A stretch of 64,000 nucleotides of DNA, the filler included, from Octopus bimaculoides (lineage: Eukaryota), in NCBI RefSeq assembly GCF_001194135.2. It is 9 parts of 9 records of this genome, joined end to end, with 100 filler letters (N's around TTAATTAATTAA, not from the genome) between each part and the next. Parts side by side here need not be neighbours in the genome. Positions count along the whole stretch, not along the records: positions 1 to 6,876 come from NC_069003.1; positions 6,977 to 16,504 come from NC_068983.1; 7 more parts are not named here. One strand, given 5' to 3'. The notes under the pieces were generated by a model. The model worked only from the letters and a program-made list of their open reading frames with translations. It had not been told where the DNA came from and did not search any database. Made by a program: the position numbers and the translations under genes. Positions 1 through 12,650 of the stretch are shown in pieces; the stretch's first letter is position 1; every line of letters starts with the position of its first letter.

Positions 1-130
<130 letters not shown>

Positions 131-776
131 ACATATACATATATGGGTGAATACACACATGCACACGCACACATTTACACATGCCTGGGTACATTATATG
201 CATCCATATATAGTGGTGTGTGTATATATTTATACACCCAATTCTCACATTTTTTCATTGTTGTTTTTGTTTTGTTTTTTTCCTAAACCAGATTCTTTTG
301 TATTCGGTTAGGCAGGGACTTCGTTGATTTTTTTATCTCATTTTACAAGTGGTCCATCTTTTTCAATATTGTATCACTGTGTGTGTATGTATGTGTGTGT
401 GTGTGTGTTTACGTGCTGTTAAATGCAGACTGATGTTTTCGTGTTGTAGATAATCTACTTTGATCTTGAAATATATGTATGTATATCATCTGTGTTTTAC
501 TTATGTGTATGTGTATATATGTATATATATATATAGTGTGTTTGCATGTAGTATATGAATATTTTCTTGATATATATCTATATATATATATATATATATA
601 TACATACATACACACATGTATATTTATATACACACATGCGCATATGTATGCGTGTGTATGTCTGTATCTCTGTAACAATGTATACATTCAACACTTGTCT
701 GACTTTGCATAATGTTTATGTTGAATAGTTTTCAAAATGATGAAATATGTTCATTCTCACACACACATGCATGCAT

Positions 777-836
<60 letters not shown>

Positions 837-1679
837 TAAAACATGAAAGAAAAACCAAAAAAAAAAATGATAAAATAATTGTCTTTTGGTAAAATTGAAT
901 TTGAAATGAAAGTGCAAAGTTCAAGTCCGAACACGGGTGGTACTGTTCTTCTGCTGTCTTATTATTATTATTATTATTATCGTTATTATTATTATTATAT
1001 AACAATTTTTTGTGGGGTGGGGGGTTGTGCTATTTTTCCCAATTTTCTATCTAAAAGAAAAAAAAGATAATTTCTGCTTATTCTTTAGACTTATTTTAAT
1101 TATCATTTTCTGTCATCATTATCATCATTATTATTATTATTATTATTATCATTATTATTATTATTATTATTATTATTCATGATTTCAAGGCATTTGAGCA
1201 TCTCATTTAAGTTAAATAATAATAATAAAAACAAAAAGACACAACCTATTTCTTCTTTCTCTTCTCAATCAAGAAACTGATTAGTTGTGTGGTAGGGAGG
1301 AAGAGAGAAAGGAAGTGAGGCAGGTACAGGTATGAAAAGAAAGAAAAAGGGAGAGAAAGAGAGAGAGAGAGAGAACAAGTGGAAGACAAATGTGCAGACA
1401 AATCCAAATCATTGAAGTTAGACAAACAGCTAAGAACGAGGGGAGGGGCAGAACCTGGGGGGTGGGGGTTAGAAGTATATTTGGTGTCTACGTCGTTGTT
1501 ATATCCCTCACTCATGCCTCAACATGAATGAATAAATGTGTGCAAGGGTTTGTTGACATTCCTTGGCTTTGCTTGTCCTCCCCTGTGAGAAGCAGTGATG
1601 TTGTGTTCCTTGTTGGCATCACAACCAGTAATACGGAAAAAAAAAAGGAAAAAAAATGCATATGTCTTTCTTGAGACAC

Positions 1680-1790
1680 CATTGAAGGTTGGCCACAGGA
1701 AAGGCACCTGGTTGCTAAAAAATACTGCCTCCAAAAAATAAAAAAGTCCTCGTCCTACCCATGCCTGGAAAAATGGACGTTTGACAAATA
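1680..1790 (+). mobile_element. Decayed RTE-type 3' tail fragment (LINE or SINE tail)
   Basis: GGTTGGCCACAGGAAAGGCACCTGGTTG...CCCATGCCTGGAAAAATGGACGTT resembles the RTE 3' tail motif seen reversed at ~51816-51850 (GGTTGGTATTTAGGAAGGGCATCCAGCTG). Confidence 0.4.
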
Positions 1791-2865
1791 AAAGAGAAAA
1801 CTGATTATTATGATTGGGAAAAGAAATTTTTTTAATTGAGATTGGAAAAAGAAAAACCAAAAAAAAAATAGAATGAAATCCTTTCTTGAAAAATAGAAAA
1901 GTCAAAAAATAAAATAAACAGTAAAAAAAAAGGTGGGGTACATAATATTTTCCTTCCAAAAGTTTGTAGGTGGCAGGCATCATCTGATGAGGCAGATCTA
2001 AGAAGATTTATTTTATGTTTGTAAATCAGCACCCCCCCCCCACTCCACCTCCTTCCAATCCTTCAATCGTTTTTTTTGGTTTGTTTTAGTTTTCTGAGTG
2101 TCTGTGTTAGACCCGTTTCCCCTCCTACCCCACCCCTAAGCCACTTGTAGAAGCGGTGGGGGTGCTCTTCCCCTCCACCACCACCACCAAATCTTACNNN
2201 NNNNNNNNNNNNNNNNNNNNNNNNNNNNNNNNNNNNNNNNNNNNNNNNNNNNNNNNNNNNNNNNNNNNNNNNNNNNNNNNNNNNNNNNNNNNNNNNNNNN
2301 NNNNNNNNNNNNNNNNNNNNNNNNNNNNNNNNNNNNNNNNNNNNNNNNNNNNNNNNNNNNNNNNNNNNNNNNNNNNNNNNNNNNNNNNNNNNNNNNNNNN
2401 NNNNNNNNNNNNNNNNNNNNNNNNNNNNNNNNNNNNNNNNNNNNNNNNNNNNNNNNNNNNNNNNNNNNNNNNNNNNNNNNNNNNNNNNNNNNNNNNNNNN
2501 NNNNNNNNNNNNNNNNNNNNNNNNNNNNNNNNNNNNNNNNNNNNNNNNNNACCCACCCCAATTTCTTTTTCTCCTTTGTGGCTTTTTGTTGTTATTTCAT
2601 GAAGAAAACGAAAGTTAAACAAGAAGAGGAGGGGGGGGGGCTGTTCTGGGATTTGTCTGTGTCTCCTCTATTGCTGGTCAGTCTGGTCATTTTTAGCCAT
2701 TCAACAAAAATCGTTGTCCATCAACTCATGCCCCCCTCCCGCCTCCACACGCATATATATACCCATCCAAATTCCAGTTGGTTGCTTCGTACAGTCAACA
2801 ACATATTTGTGCATCAGCTAACACCTTCTCATGTATATGTATATATATATATATATAGGTGTGCG

Positions 2866-2898
<33 letters not shown>

Positions 2899-4925
2899 AT
2901 CCAGGTCGTTATTTTTCGTCCATGCTTTTTTTTTTCCCATGCTTGCATACGGATTAAAGTATATTTACATCATCATCATCATCACCATCATCAACAGCAC
3001 TGCAGGAAATTGCTCACATACTTTTCAGTTTTTGTTTTTTCTCCAACGTTTTTGATTGTTTTGTTTTATTTTAGTTTGTATTTTAACGTTAGTGTGTCTA
3101 TATGAGAGTGTGTGTGTGTGTGTGATGAATAAATACTCAGGGTAGGCAGTAGGCATTAATAAAGAAAATTGCCCACAGAAGGCCTTAATCGCTATAAAGC
3201 TAAATTATTTTGACAACAAAATATATTCAGTTACCTTACAATTGCATGTGTGTGTGAGTGTGTGCACGTATCTATGCGTGTATGGATGTGTCTTTTATGT
3301 TAGTATTCTATATATTAACTGGGAGCCAAAATGTGAAATTTTGGTCACTAGAAGCAAAGCAATGCTTAGCTGGGGATCAAATTGTACCACCCATTCTCTG
3401 CTGATGGGTCACCTCTTTGGGACCATCATTGACAGAGTTCTCTTGTAGGGGCTCACAAGTGAGAGGCTTGCAAAATAGTGAGATGCTTGTTGTTTATTTG
3501 ACTTGTGCAGATATAGAGAGCAGCAAATCTTAGGAAAAACACATCCAAAAGCTAAAACGAATCTACTTTAAACAATTTCCTTCTAAACAGCGAGACAATG
3601 TTGAGTGTTATTTGTTGGGGCAGCAGTTTTGGGAGGGAAAAAACAAAAAAAAACTAGTATTGTCCTTTGGAGACCTTAGCTGTCTTCTGGAATGTACAAT
3701 CAATTGCTTTACTCCAAGTAAACATTGAATGGCGCTAGAAACGGCAGCTGTCAAATAGAAAAATATTAAACATTTTTAAAAAATGATTCACTTAATTCCA
3801 TCTGCTAAAGAAGTTTGTTGATAAGAATTGGAAACCCCATAATTTTCTATTTAATCAATGTTCCTAGTTTTAGTTAGAGTAGCCATTGCCTACATTGAAG
3901 ATGGCAGGGCTTGGGTATCAAGAAACTTTGATGGTTTGAAAGAGTTTATTCAGGTCTCATTATAAACATAATCAAAAGCTCATATTTCAGGATTTACACT
4001 AGTTCAGGCTATTTCCTTGTTCTAATTTGCCAGGAAACTCAAGGAACTGCTTATAAGAATGTACTCCAATAGTGTGACATGCCATTCACAATGCCACTCC
4101 AAACTTAAGTGTTTTCTGAAACTGTAGGTTATTCTTAGAAACTCCAGATATTAAAACATCCAGTGATATCACTTAACTACAAAATACTTCTGATCTCTGG
4201 TTATCATCACCAAAGAAAATTCTTCCTCATTCACAGGATCTGCTAGTTCAACAATCCACAGTCTACCTGTTTAACATGTCATGTGGATTCATCTTTTTTT
4301 GACATGTGTTTTCCTTTACATCATAGCGGTCTAGCTAACAATAATGGTATTTCTAGGCTCCCAATTTTTTGGTCACTTGATCTGCCTTGACCAATGACAA
4401 TGATTGTAACTAGTGCATTGTGGGATATACCAATTCATCAAATATTGTATTACATGTGTGAGTGTGTGAAACTCTGAGTAGCAATAAAGTCTCCAAGTGG
4501 TTTCTAATAAATCTATAATTTGTACTTATGTATTCAGCTGAGTTAAACAAAAACTTGTGGAGGGGAAGGGAAAAAGGGACAAACAAGTGTGATCCCTTTT
4601 ATTTTGGTCAATCATTGCCCACATCACACAGAGATACACCATCATCATCATCATCATCATCATCAGTGTTGTCATAATCATGATTGCTACAACTTACAAT
4701 GGACCAATCACCTTCAGAGACATTAAGGAAACAAACACGTTCACATAATTATGCCATAGCTCTCACCACCACCACCATTCTTCTTCATTATACACACACT
4801 GGTGCAGTGGGTCTGCACACCCCTCAGGGCAGCCACTTTATTTGTGTTTGCTGCAATTGGAGGGATGTTAGATTTAATGAATGGGACAGTTCAAACCCAA
4901 ACAGTGCCACTTGTACACACACACA

Positions 4926-4972
<47 letters not shown>

Positions 4973-5259
4973 CATACATTCGCACACGTAAATGTGGGAT
5001 CTTCACCACCACCACCATCATCTGTTATGATCTCCCCACCACCACCACCATCAGCTTGACTCTACCATTATTACCATCACTACCACCACCCCTCAATATC
5101 ATCACTGTGATCTCCACCACTATCATGATCTCTACCATGGCCACCACCACTATCATCTTCACCACTGTGATCTCCGCCATCACTAACATGATCTCCATCA
5201 CCACCACCAGACCATAACTCACTGTTTACTACAACATTGTCAATACTTTTCACTAACTC

Positions 5260-5293
<34 letters not shown>

Positions 5294-5414
5294 CATTCTG
5301 TCATCTCTTTTTGTAGATTCATTCCTAAAATCCGGAATTCTTTATATTTAAATTCTAATGTATTATAATTATGCATTCAATGCAACAAAACACACACAAG
5401 CACACATTTATACA

Positions 5415-5450
<36 letters not shown>

Positions 5451-6436
5451 AGTAAAAATAAATACAAAAAAGGTGGGTTTTTTTGTATGATTGTGTATAG
5501 AGGAATATATTATTTTGCTTAAAAGAGTTCCAACACTGTCTGTTTTTTATGTTTTATTTATATTCCTGCAGAACTAATGTGGGGTATAGAATATGGAATA
5601 TACAATATATAATATGATATACAATATACAATATAAAATAAAATAAAAATGGATGGCACCATGAAAGAAAGTATTGAATGTAGATGAAATATTGAGTGTT
5701 CAATATAAAGGATCAAATATATAAATATATAAATATATATATATAAAGGCGACTCGAGTTTCAGGGCTATTTCCCTTCGTCATGGCCGGTATGACAGACT
5801 TTTTTTTCCAATGAAATTCTTCATATATATATAAATACATATATAGATATACATACACATATATATTATACCTATGTTTATTATACATGTATGAATATAT
5901 GTGTGTATATATATGTATATATACTGTGTATATATATATACTTGTATGTATATGTGTGTGTATGCATTTACACACACACTCACGCATTCATACAGACACC
6001 TAATATGTCATTCCACTTTGGAAAATTATCATGTATGCATATATGTATGTCCCCTGACACACAGAGACACCCGTGTGCATATACATACATTCACACATGT
6101 ATGCATATGTATATATATATAATCTGTGTGTGTTTGTGGACATCCATATTTTTTTCTCTCTCGCATGGTGAGGATTTTAAGAGATTCGATTCTGAATTTG
6201 TCATCCTTTTGTTTTGTTTTTTTAATTTTTTTTCTGTGTTTGTGTGTGTGTTTGATATTTTTTTTTATATAAAATAACGATATTATTTATAAATAAATGA
6301 AGAAAGAAGCAGATTGGAAAATTTGCTTAATTAATATTTACAAATGTTCAATAGATTTTCTGTCATTTATTTTCTGAGCCTCTGTTTTATATTTGTCCTT
6401 CCTTCGTTGTTTCAACAATTTAGTTGACATATTTAA

Positions 6437-6530
6437 CCCTTCCCATGATCCTCTTTCCATAATCCCCTTCCCATGATCCTCTCTCCATGATCCCCTTCCC
6501 ATAATCCTCTCGCAGACCCTTCCCGTGATC
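6437..6530. repeat. Minisatellite, ~13-14 bp unit (CCTTCCCATGATC-like), about 6 copies
   Basis: Direct: alternating CCCTTCCCATGAT / CCTCTTTCCATAAT variants. Confidence 0.85.
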
Positions 6531-6719
6531 GTATTCCTGATGAAACACACTCTGTTACATGTTTTATTTTTGTTTTGTTTTTTTTTAATGATCCCCAATT
6601 TTTTTTTTTTTGAGGGGAGGGGTTACTTTCAAAATAACTCAAACTTCTGTTAAGGACAGTGGGTGGAATATATTGTTAAAATATCTGAAGAAAAAAATAC
6701 TTGCGGGGTTCGTTCTTGT

Positions 6720-6830
6720 TCTTTGTGTTTTGAGTTCAAATCCTGCCAGTTGAGTTTGCTCTTCATCCTTTCAGGGTTGATAAAATGAAATACCAGTCAT
6801 GTACTTGGGTTGATATAAATCGTTTCCCTC
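6720..6830 (+). mobile_element. SINE family A, decayed fragment
   Basis: TGAGTTCAAATCC (B box) followed by CTTCATCCTTTCAGGGTTGATAAAATGAAATACCAG, matching the 26559 copy. Confidence 0.55.
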
Positions 6831-6920
6831 CATCTTTTCAATTTTCTGACTTTCTGCTTTATATAAGAAATATTTTNNNNNNNNNNNNNNNNNNNNNNNN
6901 NNNNNNNNNNNNNNNNNNNN

Positions 6921-6932
6921 TTAATTAATTAA
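6921..6932. other. Assembly spacer TTAATTAATTAA centred in 100-nt N gaps (also 16549, 26348, 34619, 47209, 51306, 60439, 62018)
   Basis: The identical 12-mer occurs between two equal N runs (44 N each side where counted) eight times and gives stops in all six frames. It is not biological sequence. Confidence 0.95.
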
Positions 6933-7032
6933 NNNNNNNNNNNNNNNNNNNNNNNNNNNNNNNNNNNNNNNNNNNNATTCTCTTCCTTTTCCTATCTGAT
7001 TGTGAATCTCATTATCATTGTTGCTTTATATC

Positions 7033-7145
7033 GAAAGAATGAAAGGCAAAATCAAACCCGACGGTATTTGAACTTAAAGTGTAAAATCAAAAGAAATGTC
7101 TCTAATCATTTTCTTCTGCGCCATAATGGTTCTACAAGCTTGTTG
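7033..7145 (-). mobile_element. SINE family A, decayed
   Basis: Reverse of the family A head (ATGAAAGGCAAA...ATTTGAACT). Confidence 0.55.
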
Positions 7146-7280
7146 CTTACGTGGCCCATAAAATAAGTACCAATTAACCTTTGGCGATCAGTTGACTAGT
7201 TTATATCCCCACCCACCAAACCGACATCACCCCACCCCCGCCCAAATCAAGAGCTTAGTACAAGAGATAAATCCTTCCCC

Positions 7281-7606
7281 TACTGCGTCGGTTACGATGA
7301 CGAGGACTCCAGCTGTTCCGACCAGTTGAAGAGAACAGCCTGCTCGTGAAATTAGGTGCGAGTGGCTGATCACTCCATAGACACGAATAACCGTAGCAAA
7401 GTTCTTATAAAGATCCAGCGTGATACTAGATTCGACATTGATGGCCCTTTTGAATTACAGTTACTACTCATATTTGCCACCGTATTGAACTGGAGCAGCG
7501 TGATATAAAGTGTCTTGCTCAAGAACGCAACGCCCTGGCGGATGTCGAACTCACGATCTTACGATCGTGAGCCGACTACCGCTAACAACTTAATCACGTG
7601 CCTTCA
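7281..7606 (-). mobile_element. SINE family C (tRNA head plus conserved central/3' domain)
   Basis: The minus strand gives a tRNA-like head with GTGAGTTCGACATCC. The body (ACAGCCTGCTCGTGAAATTA...GAGTGGCTGA) is the reverse complement of 48650-48690. Confidence 0.75.
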
Positions 7607-8495
7607 TATGAATAATATAAATGAGAGAGATCCTTATTATATTCTGAGTTGGCATTTGTAGGGAAGCGGAGAGGTCACCTACAAGTCGATTCTACCAATT
7701 AAAGTTGATTCTTTTTTCTTTAACCAGTTAATGCACTTACATAATAAAAAAAAAGATAAAGTCTCGTTTACGTTTAGTTACAATAACCAAGATAGTGACA
7801 TTTTTTTTTAAATTTCGATATGCTCTCACAGTAATTATAGTCATACTTTATTAGATATAATAGATATTTTGATCATATAACGGTTTGTTGGCTGATTAAT
7901 GAATAGATACGTACGAGAAAAAAAATATTCACATGCGAAGAACTACATTTCCAGCCCAACAAAAAAAAAGTGCTTTTTTTTCTGGCTAATGTATGGAAAT
8001 GGTTCATAAATCACAATCCAACGAAATAACAAACTATGATATTACACAAATGCGCGCGGGCACACATACCTAAATAAACATACACACGCAGAGTACATGT
8101 ATATATATATATATATATATATNNNNNNNNNNNNNNNNNNNNNNNNNNNNNNNNNNNNNNNNNNNNNNNNNNNNNNNNNNNNNNNNNNNNNNNNNNNNNN
8201 NNNNNNNNNNNNNNNNNNNNNNNNNNNNNNNNNNNNNNNNNNNNNNNNNNNNNNNNNNNNNNNNNNNNNNNNNNNNNNNNNNNNNNNNNNNNNNNNNNNN
8301 NNNNNNNNNNNNNNNNNNNNNNNNNNNNNNNNNNNNNNNNNNNNNNNNNNNNNNNNNNNNNNNNNNNNNNNNNNNNNNNNNNNNNNNNNNNNNNNNNNNN
8401 NNNNNNNNNNNNNNNNNNNNNNNNNNNNNNNNNNNNNNNNNNNNNNNNNNNNNNNNNNNNNNNNNNNNNNNNNNNNNNNNNNNNNNNNNNNNNNN

Positions 8496-9287
8496 NTGAG
8501 GTGGATAAACTGTCGTCTAAATTACGAAGAAATGAAAGTAACACTGCAATCTCATTTTAACAGATATATTAACCAAAATTACATGAATATATCCTGAAAT
8601 ACTAAAGAGAAAATTCATTCAATAAAATCGTCATTGGCTTCAACCTCGGCCTCGAAACGACTTTTGAACTTCATGCCACTCTTCTTGATGGTCTCCTTGT
8701 TGATGAATGCTGCCATAATCACCGCTTTCTATTCATCCACACAATATAATCAAGGGGGTTGCAGTCTGAGGAGTTAGCTGGCCAGATGTTAAGAGTGATG
8801 GGGTCACACAAATTGTCTGAACACCATGACTGGTTCTTTCTCCTTGTGTGGCATGGTGCAGAGTCCTGTTGCTAGACATAGGGTTTTCTAGCAGCCACCC
8901 TCTTCACCCTTGGCAGCACTACCACCGCCAGGCACTTGATGTAGATCTCCGGGTTGAGTCTGAGGCCAAATGGAGGCCATCAGTAGTGTTCACTCTAAGC
9001 ACCAAGATGTTGGCTGGGCGTTTGATTTTTATCACTCGAGGTACATGTCCTCAGATTGACAGCCAAACACTATGAAATGTTCGTATTGGAGCTTCCAGTG
9101 CGAATATCAAGCAGTACAGCATGTCGTTTCCAGATTTCTGAGAGAGTGAACTGCGTCATGGTTCTGCTTTGCTCACAGACCGTGCCCAACTGATCCTACT
9201 ATATTATGCAGTCGACAAAATGAAAAACAAACATTGCGCACGCGCGAAATTAAAAATATAAAATGCCGACAATTTACCTATCACACC

Positions 9288-9290
<3 letters not shown>
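8496..9290 (-). mobile_element. Tc1/mariner-superfamily (DD37D/maT-like) DNA transposon, internally deleted and decayed
   Basis: The minus strand starts (TA)CAGGGTGTGATAGGTAAATTGTCG, with ATG at 9159 (MTQFTLSEIWKRHAVLL...). It contains a QDSAPCH-like motif and WPANSSDCNPLDYIVW (WPxxSPDxNPLDY), and ends KFKSRFEAEVEAND. A TA/(TA)n flank lies at 9291. Confidence 0.85.
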
Positions 9291-9328
<38 letters not shown>

Positions 9329-9331
9329 ATG

Positions 9332-9590
9332 TGAAGGCAGGTGGCTAACTGGCAAGGTTACTTGGCGCTCACGATTGTAAGTTTGTGAGTTCGAGTTCCG
9401 GTGGCCCGTGGTCCGTTTGAGCGAGAAACTTTATTTCATGTAACTCTTGAGGGCGTCCCTCAAGTATCACCGGGCATCTGGACCCGGCCATTTTTAGGAA
9501 GCCATGAAACACAATATGTCCCACGGCCAATGGGTTCCACAGGGTCAAAGTTGCCTTCGACCCCTCCCAGTCGACCGCAGGAGCCACATT
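9332..9590 (+). mobile_element. tRNA-derived SINE (family C-like head)
   Basis: TGAAGGCAGGTGGCTAACTGG...GTGAGTTCGAGTTCC A/B-box head followed by GAGCGAGAAACTTTATTTCA. Confidence 0.55.
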
Positions 9591-10329
9591 CAGACTTAAT
9601 AGCCTGGACTATCGATAGCAATTCGGGACTAAGTTTTAACGTTCTAGCTCACTTCTACTGAATACACCAGTGCTTGGAAGTAACTTATGTAGTGTGTGTT
9701 CGTCGCATTGACTATGACGGAGAAATTTTACCAGAGAATCTGCATCAAATTTTGCCAAAAGTTTGGCGATACCTGCTCAGAGGCCTACGCAAAGTTTTCA
9801 AAAAGTTTTTATCGTTCTGAACACAATCTTGTTGATTAGCTGAAAGCAGTTTCGGCACAAACTTCTCAGACACGCGTCTCATACTGAAATCTTCAGTGAT
9901 AATGGACTGAACTGAACTGTAGATAATTTGCACATCCTCTGATAACTCACAGATGGTGATTCGACGATTTCCCCTCACAGCTGCACTCACGTCTGCGATG
10001 TTTTTCTCAGTGGCTGTGTTGTCTCCCAGAACGTCTGTCACTATCTCGGCTATCTTGGAAACGTCTGAGCCATTCATATACTTGTGTCTGGCTCATACAC
10101 TCCTCTCCATACACTTTCTACAACTTTGCGTATGTCTCCGAGCAGGTATGGCCGGGACAACTTTCTCTGTCATTGTCAATGCGTCGATCGGAAGCACTGC
10201 GGGAAACAGCGAAAATGAGCTAGAATGTTAAAACTTAGTGCACATGCACAGCAGAAGTCAAGGTCAATCTTTGCGTGCTTTAGTTTCGATACCATGGCAA
10301 CAGTCCGGATATTAATTGATCAAACCTCG
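9590..10329 (-). mobile_element. Mariner transposase remnant with an inverted copy of its 5' end at the left
   Basis: The minus ORF 9745-10077 contains TEKNIADVSAAVRGNRRITICELSEDV...MRRVSEKFVPKLLS (mariner HTH and the WVPxxL-equivalent FVPKLL). A TIR-like CGAGGTTTGATCAATTAATATCCGGACT ends at 10329. Plus strand from ~9715 reads MTEKFYQRICIKFCQKFGDTCSEAYAK. Confidence 0.85.
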
Positions 10330-10466
10330 TGTGTGTGTGTGTGTGTGTGTATGTATGTGTGTGTGTGTATATATGATTGTATGTTTGATGCATGTATATT
10401 TGTGAACGTGTAATGCACACGATATTTTCAATGGAAAAGTGTGAGATAGACGTGTGTGTATGTTGG

Positions 10467-10502
<36 letters not shown>

Positions 10503-10505
<3 letters not shown>

Positions 10506-10812
10506 GAGAGAGCAAGCGGAAGAGTATACTGCGAACGAAGATGTTTAGTAGTCGATTTAAATCTATATAAATAATCTTTCATTTATTTTCTATTCCAAAC
10601 CACACAACACAAGAAATTTGAAGCGTAGAAGATATCTCAGCAAAAGTCAAACTGTCTACTGCAAATAGCTGTTAAACTGCCCTCTCACACTCCGCCACAT
10701 TAAAAAAAAATGATAGATCTAGGAGCCAACCACAACGTAGAAACACTTGTCAAATTCAAGTAAAAACATGAAGGAAGCAATAGAGTAATGCAGATCTGTC
10801 AGTGATATATTG
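10503..10812. repeat. ~310-bp direct repeat, copy 1
   Basis: Aligns end to end with 12340-12650 at roughly 90% identity, estimated by eye. Confidence 0.92.
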
Positions 10813-10969
10813 TTGAGTATTAGCAGACTTAATGTCATTCCTGATTCAATTAACCTGTATTAAAAAACCTTTCAGTCATGACCATCCTGTCTTTTTCACA
10901 GGTACATTGCACAGACGGGCTCATAATCCAGTGCGACTATATTTTCAGAATCATATCCTACCATTTCAG

Positions 10970-11031
10970 CAAAGAAGAGAGCTGATGTTATGGCCCTGGC
11001 CACAAAAGAAGAAAAAAAGAAAGCAAGGCAG
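10970..11031 (+). CDS. Candidate 62-nt coding exon (xKKRADVMALATKEEKKKARQ), product unknown
   Basis: Acceptor CCTACCATTTCAG, open frame with a protein-like composition, donor CAG|GTTTCT. No homology recognised. Confidence 0.22.
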
Positions 11032-11539
11032 GTTTCTTTGATGCTATATCTACTCCGCTGGGACTAAATACCAAGAATAGCACTCTATTATTGTAGTCAT
11101 TTCCACAGTTTGCGGCAAAAAGTGTTATATCATCATGCCACTTCTTTATAGACAAGTAAAGTCAATCTATGCGAATTGTCTCAGTTGCAAGCGTAAGGCT
11201 GCTTCCGAACTGATCAGCTCTTGGCTTAAAGGCCAACACTTCATACACGCGTCCAACTGTGACTCGTGAGCTTTATGTATGTAATCAATGTACAGGCATT
11301 AGTTCTTAAGGAATCTATTATATTTCATTACACAGTAAGAAACAAATTCTTTGCAACGTTCTATTTAATAAAACTTCGATTAAAGTAGTTCAGACTTAAA
11401 CACTTGTAGCAAAACCGTTCCATTAACTAATTCCTATCCGTTTTGATTCATTTAAATGCTAATTTTTTAAGCTCGGAAAAATATTCTCTCCTAACTCCTT
11501 ACCGGTAACACTTGGATTCTTTTGTAATTGCTGTATTTG

Positions 11540-11611
11540 TAGAAGAAGAAGAAGAAGAAGAAGAAGAAGAAGAAGAAGAAGAAGAAGAAGAAGAAGAAGA
11601 AGAAGAAGATA

Positions 11612-11666
<55 letters not shown>

Positions 11667-11684
11667 TGTTGTTGTTGTTGTTCA
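11540..11684. repeat. Compound microsatellite (GAA)n-(GTA)n-(GTT)n
   Basis: Direct. Confidence 0.95.
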
Positions 11685-12339
11685 TGGTGGTAGTGGTAAA
11701 TATTGCGTTAGTTCTATGCTTTGGCAATGGTGGTGAAGAGTAAAAAAACTACTTTCTCCTACTTTTCTATATTTCTATAATTATAATTTTGTTTTATTTC
11801 TTGCTGCAGTTATTAGTTTTGATGCTGTTGTTGTTGTTGTTGTTGTTGACAGTAATAGTGGAAATGATGGCAATGTTGTTGATGATGGGAGCGATAGTTG
11901 TATTATTTTTATTGTTATTTTGCTGCAGTTGATTCTGTTGTTCCAGTTACTGCTGTTCATGTATTTGCTGTTCATATCGATGTTACCAATGAATGTGTCG
12001 ATGGTAGTTTTGTTGAACAAATATCCTTTTCCATACCAATATCATGGAAGCTCCTACCATGTTCGTGATTATTACGAGGGTCGTTCTGTATACTATGTTG
12101 TCGATAGTGTTGACGCTAGTGTTGTAAGCAAGAATATTGATAGTGATGATGAAAGTGTTGTTCTCATTATTGTTGTTGCTTTATTGTTAATACTGGCAGT
12201 AACAGTAATCCGGCGAGCTAATAGAATCGTTAGCACGCTGGACGAGTTCAAATTGCACCGAAGACGACAATTCCCCTTTTGTCCATTTCTGGACAATAAA
12301 ATAAGTACCAGCTGAGCAAAAGTGTCGATGTAACCGACA

Positions 12340-12650
12340 TATGAGAGAGCAAGCGGAAGAGTATACTGCGAACGAAGGCGTTTAGTAGTCGATTTAAATT
12401 TATATAAATAATCTTTCATTTATTTTCTTTTCCAAACCATACAACACAAGAAATTTGAAGCGTAGAAGATATCTCAGCAAAAGTCAAACTGTCTACTGCA
12501 AATAGCTGCTAAATTGCCCTCTCACACTGCGCCATCGTTATAAAAAAATGAAAGATCGAGGAACCAACTACAACGTAGAAACACTTGTCAAGTTCAAGTA
12601 AAAACATGAAATAAGCAATAGAGTAATGCAGATTTGTCAGTCATATATTG
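12340..12650. repeat. ~310-bp direct repeat, copy 2
   Basis: Matches 10503-10812 with the same boundaries. Confidence 0.92.

Noticed and set aside
3500-3570. YREQQILGKTHPKAKTNLL, resembling a kinesin-light-chain TPR motif after an AG
   Set aside because: The frame stops immediately, there is no donor, and the similarity is too short.
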